Shown here: one piece after another, positions 45,807 through 58,984 of the stretch | Numbering within the stretch: the first letter of the stretch is position 1 | Layout: every line of letters begins with the position of its first letter | Assembly (NCBI GenBank): GCA_965261735.1 | Contig: OZ253470.1 | Coordinates: 928,001-992,000 of the forward strand | Direction of reading: 5' to 3' | Source: Alphaproteobacteria bacterium | GTDB taxonomy: Bacteria; Pseudomonadota; Alphaproteobacteria; SHVV01 | DNA: 64,000 nucleotides | Notes under the pieces: model-generated | Databases searched by the model: none | Seen by the model: only the letters and a program-made list of their open reading frames with translations | Told to the model about the DNA's origin: nothing | Position numbers and translations under genes: made by a program

Positions 45807-47855
45807 ATGACCAGCGCTCGCACCCCCGCCTATCGCGGCGATCGCAATCTAGCGCGGCTGCTGGCCGCCGCCGGCAGCGATCGCTCGGTTGCCGACATCC
45901 AGGCGCTGGCCGCCGGCATCGCAGCCGCACCCGCGCCCTCGCTGCCGCTGGCCAACGCCGACCGGGCTTGGCGCACGCTGCTCGCGCTTCCGCCCGCGCC
46001 CGAGATCGAGGACGAGATCGAGGCGCTGGTGCGCGGGCACGCGGCCCGCTTCGCGGCCGCGCCAGCAGCGTCCCACGGCGAACGGCTGGCCGCGCTGAGG
46101 GCCGAGCTCGCGCGGCGCGGGGTCGACGGCTTCCTCGTCCCCCACACCGACGAGCACCATAACGAGTTCCTGCCCAAGCGCGCCGAGCGCCTGACCTGGC
46201 TCACCGGCTTCACCGGCTCGGCCGGGCTCGCCGTGGTGCTGGCTGACGAGGCCGCGATCTTCGTCGACGGCCGCTATACCCTGCAGGTGCGCGACGAAGT
46301 CGATACCGGGCTGTTCACGCCGCGCCACGTGACGGACGAGCCGGCAAGCGACTGGATCGGCGAGCGACTCGCGGGTGGCCATCTCGGCTACGATCCGTGG
46401 CTCCACAGCGAGGACGAGGTCAAGCGTTTCGCCGGTGCCTGCGAGAAGGCGGGCGGGACGTTGGTGCCACTTGAGGACAACCCGCTCGATGCGGTGTGGG
46501 AAGATCAGCCGCCGCCGCCGCTCGCGCCCGTCGTGCCCCACGACATCGCCTTCGCCGGCCAATCCAGCGCCGACAAGCGCACCCGTCTCGCCGCCGAGCT
46601 CGCCAACCAGGGTATCGACGCGGCGCTCATCAGCGCGCCCGATTCGCTGGCCTGGCTGCTCAACATCCGCGGCCGCGACGTCCCGTGCACGCCGCTGCCG
46701 CTCGGCTTTGCGCTGCTCAACGCGGACGCCACGGTCGATCTCTTTATCGATGCACGCAAGTGCCCTCCCGACCTCGCCGCCCATCTCGGCAACCAGGTGC
46801 GCGCGCATCCGCCGGCGGCGCTGGCCGACGCCCTCGCGGAGCTCGGCGCCCGGCGCGCACGGGTGCGAGTCGACCCGGCCACGGCCGCGGCGTGGCTGTT
46901 CGACCGGTTGGACGAAGCCGGCGCCGTGATCGAGCGCGGCGCCGATCCGTGCGCGGCACCCAAGGCGCTCAAGAACGCGGTCGAACTCGACGGAACGAGG
47001 GCCGCGCACCGGCGCGACGGCGCGGCGCTCACGCGCTTTCTCGCCTGGCTCGCGCGTACCGCGCCGCAGGGCGGGCTCGACGAGCTCGCGGTCACCGCCA
47101 AGCTCGCGGCCTTCCGCGCCGAGAATGAGCGCATCCAGAGCCTGAGCTTCAACACCATCGCCGGCGCCGGCGCCAACGGCGCCATCGTCCACTACCGCGC
47201 GAGCGCGAGCACCAACCGCCGCCTCGAGCCGGGCGAGCTGTTCCTCCTCGATTCGGGGGCCCAGTATCTCGACGGCACCACCGACGTCACCCGCACCGTG
47301 GCCATCGGCACGCCCTCGCCCGAGATGCGCGACCGCTTCACGCGCGTGCTCCTCGGCCACATCGCGCTCGCAACCTGTCGCTTCCCCCGCGGTACGACGG
47401 GCTCGCAGCTCGACACCCTGGCGCGCACGCACCTGTGGCGCGCCGGCCTCGACTACGACCACGGCACGGGCCACGGCGTCGGCAGCTATCTCGGCGTCCA
47501 TGAGGGACCGCAGCGCATCTCCAAGCTACCCAACAAGGTCGCGCTCGAGCCCGGCATGATCGTCTCCAACGAGCCCGGGTTCTACAAGGCCGGCGCCTAC
47601 GGCATCCGCATCGAGAACCTGGTGGCGGTGGTCGAGGCGGGCGAGGTGGCAGGCGGCGAGAAGCCGCTGCTCGCCTTCGAGACGCTGACGCGGGCGCCGA
47701 TCGAGCGCAGCCTCATCGAGCCGGCGTTGATGAGCGAAGCCGACATCGCCTGGCTCGATGCCTACCACGCCCAGGTGCGTGGAGACCTGACCCCACTCGT
47801 GGACGCCGAGACGGCCGCCTGGCTCGAACGGGCGACGGCACCGCTCGCGGGCTAG
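45807..47855 (+). CDS. pepP: Xaa-Pro aminopeptidase P with N-terminal extension
   Basis: TGFTGSAG, FVDGRY, IVHY, DSGAQYLDGTTDVTRT, HGTGHGVG, HEGP, NEPG, GIRIEN. Confidence 0.92.
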   Translation: MTSARTPAYRGDRNLARLLAAAGSDRSVADIQALAAGIAAAPAPSLPLANADRAWRTLLALPPAPEIEDEIEALVRGHAARFAAAPAASHGERLAALRAELARRGVDGFLVPHTDEHHNEFLPKRAERLTWLTGFTGSAGLAVVLADEAAIFVDGRYTLQVRDEVDTGLFTPRHVTDEPASDWIGERLAGGHLGYDPWLHSEDEVKRFAGACEKAGGTLVPLEDNPLDAVWEDQPPPPLAPVVPHDIAFAGQSSADKRTRLAAELANQGIDAALISAPDSLAWLLNIRGRDVPCTPLPLGFALLNADATVDLFIDARKCPPDLAAHLGNQVRAHPPAALADALAELGARRARVRVDPATAAAWLFDRLDEAGAVIERGADPCAAPKALKNAVELDGTRAAHRRDGAALTRFLAWLARTAPQGGLDELAVTAKLAAFRAENERIQSLSFNTIAGAGANGAIVHYRASASTNRRLEPGELFLLDSGAQYLDGTTDVTRTVAIGTPSPEMRDRFTRVLLGHIALATCRFPRGTTGSQLDTLARTHLWRAGLDYDHGTGHGVGSYLGVHEGPQRISKLPNKVALEPGMIVSNEPGFYKAGAYGIRIENLVAVVEAGEVAGGEKPLLAFETLTRAPIERSLIEPALMSEADIAWLDAYHAQVRGDLTPLVDAETAAWLERATAPLAG

Positions 47856-47863
47856 GGGGATCG

Positions 47864-48522
47864 ATGCCCCGGGCCAATCCCATCATGGTGCTAGCCGCCG
47901 GCCTCGGGCTCGCCACAGGCTACTTGTCGGCCCCGGTGGGCGCCGCCGAGCGCTACCCAGTGTGGTGGGCGCCGGAGATCGGCATCGAAAGCCTCGACGA
48001 GATCGACGCGCTGCTCGCGGAGCCGTTTCCCGAGGAGTTCCGGCACAGGCTCTACAAGTTCGACTACAGCCGCGGCAAGTGGGAGTCGCCCATCGTCGAC
48101 CGGCAGCCGATCGAGGACTGCCTCTCGTTATTTGAGTGGCTGAAGGCCGGCTATAGGTAGGGTGTCGAAAACCGGGGCGAACTCCGAGGCTATTACAGAG
48201 CGTATCCCTATTGCTATACCCTGCGCGCGATCCAGCGCGCGAGGCCGGCGGAGGCGACCTACGTGCGCGACTTCGCCATGGACGCGAACACCCTAGACTA
48301 CATGCTGGCGCTGCTCGGCCCGTGGGGGTACCGCCAGATCGGCTACCCGCTGTGGGCCAATCTGAATGGCGTGCCGTGGAGCCGACATGATTTCGGATAT
48401 CCGACGCTTCAATCCTGACGCCACGTTAAGATCGTGGAGAACCGCAACCGATTCCTCGTTCAAAGATGGATCGAGGAGGACACGCACTATTTGGATTACA
48501 TATTCGAGATCGTCGGCTGCGG
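47864..48522 (+). pseudogene. decayed paralog of the exported protein at 48725
   Basis: 58/69 aa identical over ERYPVWW..AGY; in-frame TAG 48158 (TGG in the paralog) and TGA 48416; similarity ends at IVGCG. Confidence 0.85.
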
Positions 48523-48563
48523 CTGCGGCGGCGCCAGCACGACAAACTGGGTGCGGCCCGCGC

Positions 48564-48695
48564 TCATAGTTGGATCGGGCCCGCATCGAGGGTGAGGGCG
48601 GGATTGGCTGCCCGACCCCACTGGATCACCGGCTTGAGTTCGACCCAGCCGGGCTCCTTTTCGGCCGCCTTGAGCAACCGGACGCGCACTTTCTG
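48564..48695 (-). pseudogene. C-terminal remnant of a second lysozyme-like gene
   Basis: Translates NQKVRVRLLKAAEKEPGWVELKPVIQWGRAANPALTLDAGPIQL*, matching the C-terminus of the 49647 ORF with an 18-bp indel. Confidence 0.85.
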
Positions 48696-48724
48696 GTTGC
48701 ACTGTAGGCTGTTACCATCTGGCC

Positions 48725-49588
48725 ATGGAGCGCACTCGGCTCATCGCCGTCCTAGCCGGCGCGATTTGCGCAGTCGCTGGCTGCTTGTCCGCGCCGGCGG
48801 ATGCCGACGAGCGCTACCCGGTGTGGTGGGCGCCGGAAATCGGGATTGCGAGCCTCGACGAGATCGACACGCTGCTCGCGGGGCCGTTTCCCGAGGAGTT
48901 CCGCCACAAGCTCTACAAGTTTGATTATGCCCGGGGCAAGCGGGTGTCGCCCATCGTCGACCAGCAGCCGATCGAGAATTGCCTTTCGCTGTTCGAGTGG
49001 ATGTCGGCCGGCTACACCTGGGGCGTCGACGACCGGGACGAGCTGCTGGCCTATCGCCGGGCGTACCCGTACTGCTACACCCTGCGCGCGCTCAAGCGGG
49101 CGAAGCCCCCCACGGCGAGCTACGTGCGCGATTTCGTCATGGACCTGGACACGCTCGACTACATGCCGACGCTGCTCGGCTACTGGTGGTGCAGTCCCCG
49201 CTCGTACCCGCGGGTCGTACGGGCGAACCGCGGCGGCATTCCGTGGAACCGCTTCGATTTTAGGAGCGGCTCGGGGGGGTATGGGGTCGCTGTCGTGAAG
49301 GATAGCAATGTCTTCGTTCTACAAGCCTGGGGAGACGCCAACAGCCACAATTATGACGAAGTGTTCGCGATCATCGGCCGCGGCGATTTCAACAACGACG
49401 GTCTCGACGATCTCCTCCTCCGCATGACCTCGGTGCGATTATCCTCTGGCCGCAAGAGGTCCGAGCTTTTCCTGCTGTCGCGCAGTCGTGCGGAGGACGT
49501 GCTCCGCGTCGCCGAGGTGCTAAGCCCGCTCATCAGCGACCGCAACGGCTGCGTGCCGGAGCCATACGAATTGTGGCCGTACCAGTAA
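48725..49588 (+). CDS. hypothetical exported protein or lipoprotein (candidate immunity protein)
   Basis: Signal peptide with possible lipobox VAGC; GRGDFNNDGLDDLLL FG-GAP-like motif; no family recognised. Confidence 0.75.
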   Translation: MERTRLIAVLAGAICAVAGCLSAPADADERYPVWWAPEIGIASLDEIDTLLAGPFPEEFRHKLYKFDYARGKRVSPIVDQQPIENCLSLFEWMSAGYTWGVDDRDELLAYRRAYPYCYTLRALKRAKPPTASYVRDFVMDLDTLDYMPTLLGYWWCSPRSYPRVVRANRGGIPWNRFDFRSGSGGYGVAVVKDSNVFVLQAWGDANSHNYDEVFAIIGRGDFNNDGLDDLLLRMTSVRLSSGRKRSELFLLSRSRAEDVLRVAEVLSPLISDRNGCVPEPYELWPYQ

Positions 49589-49646
49589 GGAACAAAACGG
49601 GGGGTGAGTCCGGCCGCTAGGGTCGGCGACTTCAACATCGCACACG

Positions 49647-50627
49647 TCACAGCCGGATCGGGCCCGCATCGACGGTAAGGGCGGGGTTCGCGCCCCTGCC
49701 CCAGACGATCACCGGTTTGAGTTGCGTGTGCTCCTTGCCTTCGACCCAGCAGGGCTCCTTCTCGGCCGCCTTGAGCAACCATTCGCGTATCTGGGCATTC
49801 CTTTCGGGCTGGACGTCTGTCCCCCGACTGGACAGCTCCGCCGCCCGTTTCCAATTCCTCGCTTTGATTGCCGCGCTGAAAGTACCCTTCTTGTAGTCCG
49901 CTGTTCCTCTAGCGCCTTTGTTGTACGCCATGTCGAGGACCGCGAGCTTGGCCTCAAAGGTGTAGGTGTCGAAGGCGCCGAATTCGTCCTCCGCCCTGGT
50001 TTCCTTTAGCTTCGTCTCGATGTCGTTGATGGCCAGCTTCTCGGCCTCTTCCTTCCGGATCTCGGTCTTGGTGAGGTCGGCGTCACTTCGCTGGTCGACA
50101 TCTTTTTTCCCCTCCGCTGTTACCACCTCGAAATCCTTACGTATCTGCTCGTCCGAGGCGGGCTCGCCGATTTTCTTGAGCATGAAGTATTTGCGCAGGC
50201 GCAGCGCCTCCTCGACATCGGGGAGCCAGTGGCCGAAGCCGACTGTCATGTTGCCTTTCTTGTCCTTGTGTATGTAGCCGATGTAAGTCGCCGGGAAGTT
50301 TTCCACTCCAGCGAGGTGCTCGTAGAGAAAGGTCTTCGGGTCGACGTATGGGCTTGGGGCGGAAGCCCGTCCCCTTTCGATGGGCTTGCGGTTGGGATGG
50401 TCCATGGCGCGGCCGGTGGCGCGATCGATCAAGACTTCCTTGCCGCCTTCCGGCGCCACCGCCCAGCAGCCCGTCCCCTTTCGAATGAGCTCCTCGGCGT
50501 ACGCCTCCTGCGAAATGTTGAGTGCCGCGAGCAGCGCGGCCTGCTCGACGCGCCGGAAGAATTGGCGCGCCCAGACGGGCCCGCCGAGCTTCGCCGCCGC
50601 GCGCTCGAGGCTCAGGCGGGCGGGCAA
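49647..50627 (-). CDS. T4-lysozyme/GH24-like muramidase with unknown N-terminal region (start uncertain)
   Basis: E...YIHKDKKGNMTVGFGH (D-x5-T), AVLDMAYNKG, FSAAIKARNWKRAAE, QPERN parallel T4 lysozyme landmarks. Confidence 0.72.
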   Translation of the reverse strand: MPARLSLERAAAKLGGPVWARQFFRRVEQAALLAALNISQEAYAEELIRKGTGCWAVAPEGGKEVLIDRATGRAMDHPNRKPIERGRASAPSPYVDPKTFLYEHLAGVENFPATYIGYIHKDKKGNMTVGFGHWLPDVEEALRLRKYFMLKKIGEPASDEQIRKDFEVVTAEGKKDVDQRSDADLTKTEIRKEEAEKLAINDIETKLKETRAEDEFGAFDTYTFEAKLAVLDMAYNKGARGTADYKKGTFSAAIKARNWKRAAELSSRGTDVQPERNAQIREWLLKAAEKEPCWVEGKEHTQLKPVIVWGRGANPALTVDAGPIRL

Positions 50628-50667
50628 TCGGGATCAGCGCCAGCCGCTCTTGGGCCGAAGCCCGGCC

Positions 50668-54946
<4,279 letters not shown>

Positions 54947-55019
54947 CAGCGCGATACCGCGGCTGGTGAAGGCACCGAATCGTTCTGCCCGGTACGAGCC
55001 GAACCGGCGCTCATCCCCG

Positions 55020-55847
55020 CTAGAACACCGACTTCCAGACGCGCGTGATCCATGAGCCCTGGTTGGCCACGAGGTCGAGATCCTGCCCCTTGACCAGCGC
55101 GTAGGACGAGCGGTACCAGTCGCTCCCGGGGAAGTTGTAGCCGAGCACGGCGGCGGCGGTTTGTGCCTCTTCGGTGATCCCGAGCGCGAGATAGGCCTCG
55201 GTCAGGCGATGCAGCGCCTCGGCTACGTGGTTGGTTCTCGCGTACTCCTCGACCACCGTGCGGAAACGGTTGATCGCCGCGACGTATTGGCCGCGTACCA
55301 GATAGTAGCGGCCGATCGCCATCTCCTTGCCGGCTAGGTGGTCGCGCGCGAGGTCGATCTTGAGCTGGGCGTCGCGAGCGTACTCGGTATCGGGAAAGCG
55401 CCGGACGAGAGCGCTCAGGCTGGCGAGCGCGAGTTCGGTTGTCTTTTGGTCGCGGCCGACGTCGGCGATCTGTTCGTAGTAGCTCACGGCGACGAGGTAG
55501 TACGCGTAGGGCGCGTCCTGGTGGCCCGGATGGAGCTTGAGGAAACGCTGGGCCGCGAGGACGGCGTCGTCGTACTTGTTGTCTTGATAGTACGCGAACG
55601 CGGCCATGAACTGGGCCCGCGTCGCCCACGTCGAGTAGGGATGCTGGCGCTCGACCTCGTCGAAATTCTGGGCCGCCGTCACGTAGTTGCCGGCGAACAG
55701 GTCGTCCATCGCGACGTTGTAGAGTTCCTCGACCGAGCGCTCGACATACTCGGGCTCGGTCGAGCCACAGGCTGCCAGGAGGAGCGCCGCAAGCGCGGCC
55801 CCAACGATCGCCACTGCGCGCCGCCCTGGCATTGTCGTCGTATCCAT
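55020..55847 (-). CDS. bamD: outer membrane assembly lipoprotein BamD
   Basis: Lipobox LAAC, TPR, HPYS, AAINRF. Confidence 0.93.
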   Translation of the reverse strand: MDTTTMPGRRAVAIVGAALAALLLAACGSTEPEYVERSVEELYNVAMDDLFAGNYVTAAQNFDEVERQHPYSTWATRAQFMAAFAYYQDNKYDDAVLAAQRFLKLHPGHQDAPYAYYLVAVSYYEQIADVGRDQKTTELALASLSALVRRFPDTEYARDAQLKIDLARDHLAGKEMAIGRYYLVRGQYVAAINRFRTVVEEYARTNHVAEALHRLTEAYLALGITEEAQTAAAVLGYNFPGSDWYRSSYALVKGQDLDLVANQGSWITRVWKSVF

Positions 55848-56042
55848 CGCTCAAGCCGGCGAAAAAAGCCAGGAGGGCCCTGGCTTCGCTATCTGCCGGG
55901 GAAGACTATAGCATGGCCGAAGCGATACACGCCAAGGCGCTGGCATGGCGCCAGAGCCGGCGGGGGGGGGTTAGACATGCGCGGCGCACGGGCCCACGGC
56001 CCGCGGAGGCGAGTTTTAAGAGTAGCCTCTCGCGGCGGCGGG

Positions 56043-56984
56043 TTAGGCGAGTGCGGCGGCGGTTGCCGCCAGCGGGTCGCTCTCGCCGCGCCGGCGGCGC
56101 GCGCGGTTATTTAGCTCGACGTAGCTCCAGGCGCTGGCGTCCGCCAGCAGCTTGGCGATCAGTCGGTGAGTCAGGCGATGGCCCGATTGCACGCCCGTGA
56201 ACTCGGCCTGCATCGGGGCGCCCGCCAGGTAGAGGTCGCCCATCGCATCGAGGACCTTGTGGCGGACGAACTCGTCCTCATAGCGCAGGCCGCCCTCGTT
56301 GAGGATGGTATCGCCGTGGACCACTACGGCATTGTCGAGCGAGCCGCCACGCGCCAAACCGCGCGCCAGCAGGCCATCCAATTGCTCGAAGAATCCAAAC
56401 GTGCGGGCGCGCGAAATCTCGCGCCGGAAGACATCGCCCGAAAGCTCGAAGGTGCACTTCTGATCGGCCACCACCGGGCTGGCGAAGTCGATCTCGAAGC
56501 GAACGCGCAAGCTCTCCGCCGGCGCCAGGCGGGCGCGCCGGCCGCCGTCGCGCACCTCAACGCGCTTGAGCACGCGAATGGCGCGGCGCGGGCTGCCCTG
56601 AGCCACGATGCCCGCACGCTCGATCAAGGCCACGAAGGGTGCGGCACTGCCGTCCACGATGGGCACCTCGGGTGCGTCGATCTCGATGAGTGCATTGTCG
56701 ACGCCGCAGCCCAGCAACGCGGCCATCAGGTGCTCGACGGTGGCGACCCGGGTGCCCGCGCCGTTGGAGATGACCGTGCACATGGTGCCGTCGTGTACAT
56801 TCTCGCTCGTCGCCGCGATCGACGCGCGAGCCCCCGCGTGCGGCCCGAGATCCATGCGGCGGAAGACGATGCCGCTGCCCGGTGGCGCCGGGTTCAGCGT
56901 CAGGGTCGCGTCGACACCGCTGTGCAGCCCAACGCCCGTGCAACCTTCGCGCCGCCCGAGCGTCGTCTGTTCGATGATCGCCAT
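56043..56984 (-). CDS. lpxC: UDP-3-O-acyl-GlcNAc deacetylase
   Basis: GVGLHSG, TVEHLM, ARTFGF, RHKVLDAMGDL. Confidence 0.96.
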   Translation of the reverse strand: MAIIEQTTLGRREGCTGVGLHSGVDATLTLNPAPPGSGIVFRRMDLGPHAGARASIAATSENVHDGTMCTVISNGAGTRVATVEHLMAALLGCGVDNALIEIDAPEVPIVDGSAAPFVALIERAGIVAQGSPRRAIRVLKRVEVRDGGRRARLAPAESLRVRFEIDFASPVVADQKCTFELSGDVFRREISRARTFGFFEQLDGLLARGLARGGSLDNAVVVHGDTILNEGGLRYEDEFVRHKVLDAMGDLYLAGAPMQAEFTGVQSGHRLTHRLIAKLLADASAWSYVELNNRARRRRGESDPLAATAAALA

Positions 56985-57200
56985 TCCGCTGAATACACCC
57001 CCACTTGCCAGCACCAGCCGACATCCCCGCAGGGCCCACCCCCGAGCAGCGATTATCGTTGAGATTCAATCGGTTCGGGCCGCGCGTTCTACGCGATCTT
57101 GTAACCACTTCGGCGATCGCACTCAAATCACTCTTTGTTACAGTTTCTTACCCGATTCACGGCTCCTCAAGGCGTGAAATTGGATACTGCCGATCCGCGT

Positions 57201-58892
57201 TCAGTTGGCCTGACGGCGCAGGAAAGCTGGGATTTCTAGCAAATCCTCCTCCCCCCCCATTGGTTTGTCGGCCGCTGCACGCGCAGGCGCGGCTGGGGCC
57301 GCCGCAGGCTCCTCCGGTCTCGCCGCGGGCGGTGCCTTGAACAACGACGACATCCCGACGGTGGCGCTGGGTTGCGCCTTCGCCGCTATCGGTGCCGGCG
57401 CCGCCGCCGGCTCCTTGCGGGCGCGGCCCGTGCCGGTCATGCGCTCGAACAGGCTCGGCTTCGCCGGCCCCGGTTGGGCGCCATTGGCCACCGCCGCCGC
57501 GGCGAAGGGATCTGCCGTCGCGGGCCGCGCCGCCCGTCCCGTTGGCGCCATTGGCCGTGGCGGGATGAAGGGCTTTTCGGCGGACGCTGGCGCGGGTGCC
57601 GTGGGCGCGGGCCGCGCCTCCGCCATGGGAGCCTCCGCGGGTGCTTCAACCGCGACGGCCGCCGCCGCGGCTACCGTGCCACCGCCCGCGGGCGCGTGCA
57701 TCGTCGCTCCGCCTGTAAGCGGGTCGGCGCTGCGAACCGCCGGCGGCGGACTGGCGCGCTCGGCGGCCAGCCGGAGCGGCGGCTGTACCGGCGGCGCCTC
57801 GCTAGCCTGCTGCGCCACGGGCTCGGCGGCGGCGGCGTGAGCGGGCGCCTCCTCGGCCGCGGGCACGGCATGCAGCGTGCCGACCGCGTTGGTCTGGGCA
57901 AAGCTATGGAGCCGCGGCATCGCCGCCTCCGCACCGATTCCGGTGGCCACCAGGGACAGGCGCATGCGGCCCTCGAGCGATTCGTCGAAGGTCGAGCCGA
58001 AGATGATGTTGGCGTCGGAGTCGATCTCCTCGCGGATGCGGTTGGCCGCCTCATCGACCTCGAACAGCGTCATGTCGGCCCCACCGGTGATGTTTATCAG
58101 AACGCCCTTGGCGCCCTTCATCGACACGTCGTCGAGCAGCGGGTTCGCGATCGCCGCTTCCGCCGCCTCGAGCGCGCGCTTCTCGCCCTCGGCCTCGCCG
58201 GTCCCCATCATCGCCTTGCCCATCTCCATCATCACCGTGCGAATGTCGGCAAAATCGAGATTGATCAGCCCCGGCATGACCATGAGGTCGGTGACCCCGC
58301 GCACGCCCGCATAGAGAACGTCGTCCGCCATCTTGAAGGCGTCGGCGAAGGTTGTTTTCTCGTTGGCGACGCGAAACAGGTTCTGGTTGGGGATGACGAT
58401 CAGGGTGTCGACGTGGTGCTGCAGCTCGTCGATCCCGGCCTCGCCGATCGCCATGCGATGGGCGCCCTCGAACTGGAACGGTTTGGTCACCACGCCGACG
58501 GTGAGCGCGCCACGATCGCGGGCCGCCTGGGCGATCACGGGCGCCGCCCCGGTGCCCGTGCCGCCGCCCATGCCGGCGGTGATGAACACCATGTGGCTAC
58601 CCTGAAGATACTCGGTGATTTCCTCGATCACCTCCTCGGCCGCGGCGCGCCCCATGTCGGGACGCGACCCGGCGCCCAAGCCCTGGGTCACGCGCACCCC
58701 GAGCTGCAGCCTACGCTCAGCCTGCGACAGGACGAGCGCCTGCGCGTCCGTGTTCGTGGCCACGAACTCGACGCCTTCGAGACGAGCGTTGATCATGTTG
58801 TTGACCGCGTTGCCGCCGGCCCCGCCGACCCCGATGACAGTGATCTGGGGCTTCAGTTCGGTGACCTCCGGCATACTCAGATTGATCGTCAT
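57201..58892 (-). CDS. ftsZ: cell division protein FtsZ
   Basis: GGGTGTG, INLDFAD, long linker, [12 protein letters not shown]. Confidence 0.98.
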   Translation of the reverse strand: MTINLSMPEVTELKPQITVIGVGGAGGNAVNNMINARLEGVEFVATNTDAQALVLSQAERRLQLGVRVTQGLGAGSRPDMGRAAAEEVIEEITEYLQGSHMVFITAGMGGGTGTGAAPVIAQAARDRGALTVGVVTKPFQFEGAHRMAIGEAGIDELQHHVDTLIVIPNQNLFRVANEKTTFADAFKMADDVLYAGVRGVTDLMVMPGLINLDFADIRTVMMEMGKAMMGTGEAEGEKRALEAAEAAIANPLLDDVSMKGAKGVLINITGGADMTLFEVDEAANRIREEIDSDANIIFGSTFDESLEGRMRLSLVATGIGAEAAMPRLHSFAQTNAVGTLHAVPAAEEAPAHAAAAEPVAQQASEAPPVQPPLRLAAERASPPPAVRSADPLTGGATMHAPAGGGTVAAAAAVAVEAPAEAPMAEARPAPTAPAPASAEKPFIPPRPMAPTGRAARPATADPFAAAAVANGAQPGPAKPSLFERMTGTGRARKEPAAAPAPIAAKAQPSATVGMSSLFKAPPAARPEEPAAAPAAPARAAADKPMGGEEDLLEIPAFLRRQAN

Positions 58893-58984
58893 GTTCCCCT
58901 CCAAACGCTTGCTGCCGCTAGAGTTCAATCAAGACCCGTTCGCTCATGGTGCCGGTTGCCCCGGCTTCCCCCGTCATGCTCAAG

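Noticed and set aside
54975-55026. Possible LexA box upstream of recN
   Set aside because: GTTC/GAAC half-sites are not at the N7 spacing of the alphaproteobacterial SOS box.
57240-57900. Long Pro/Ala-rich region in FtsZ
   Set aside because: Normal variable linker of alphaproteobacterial FtsZ.
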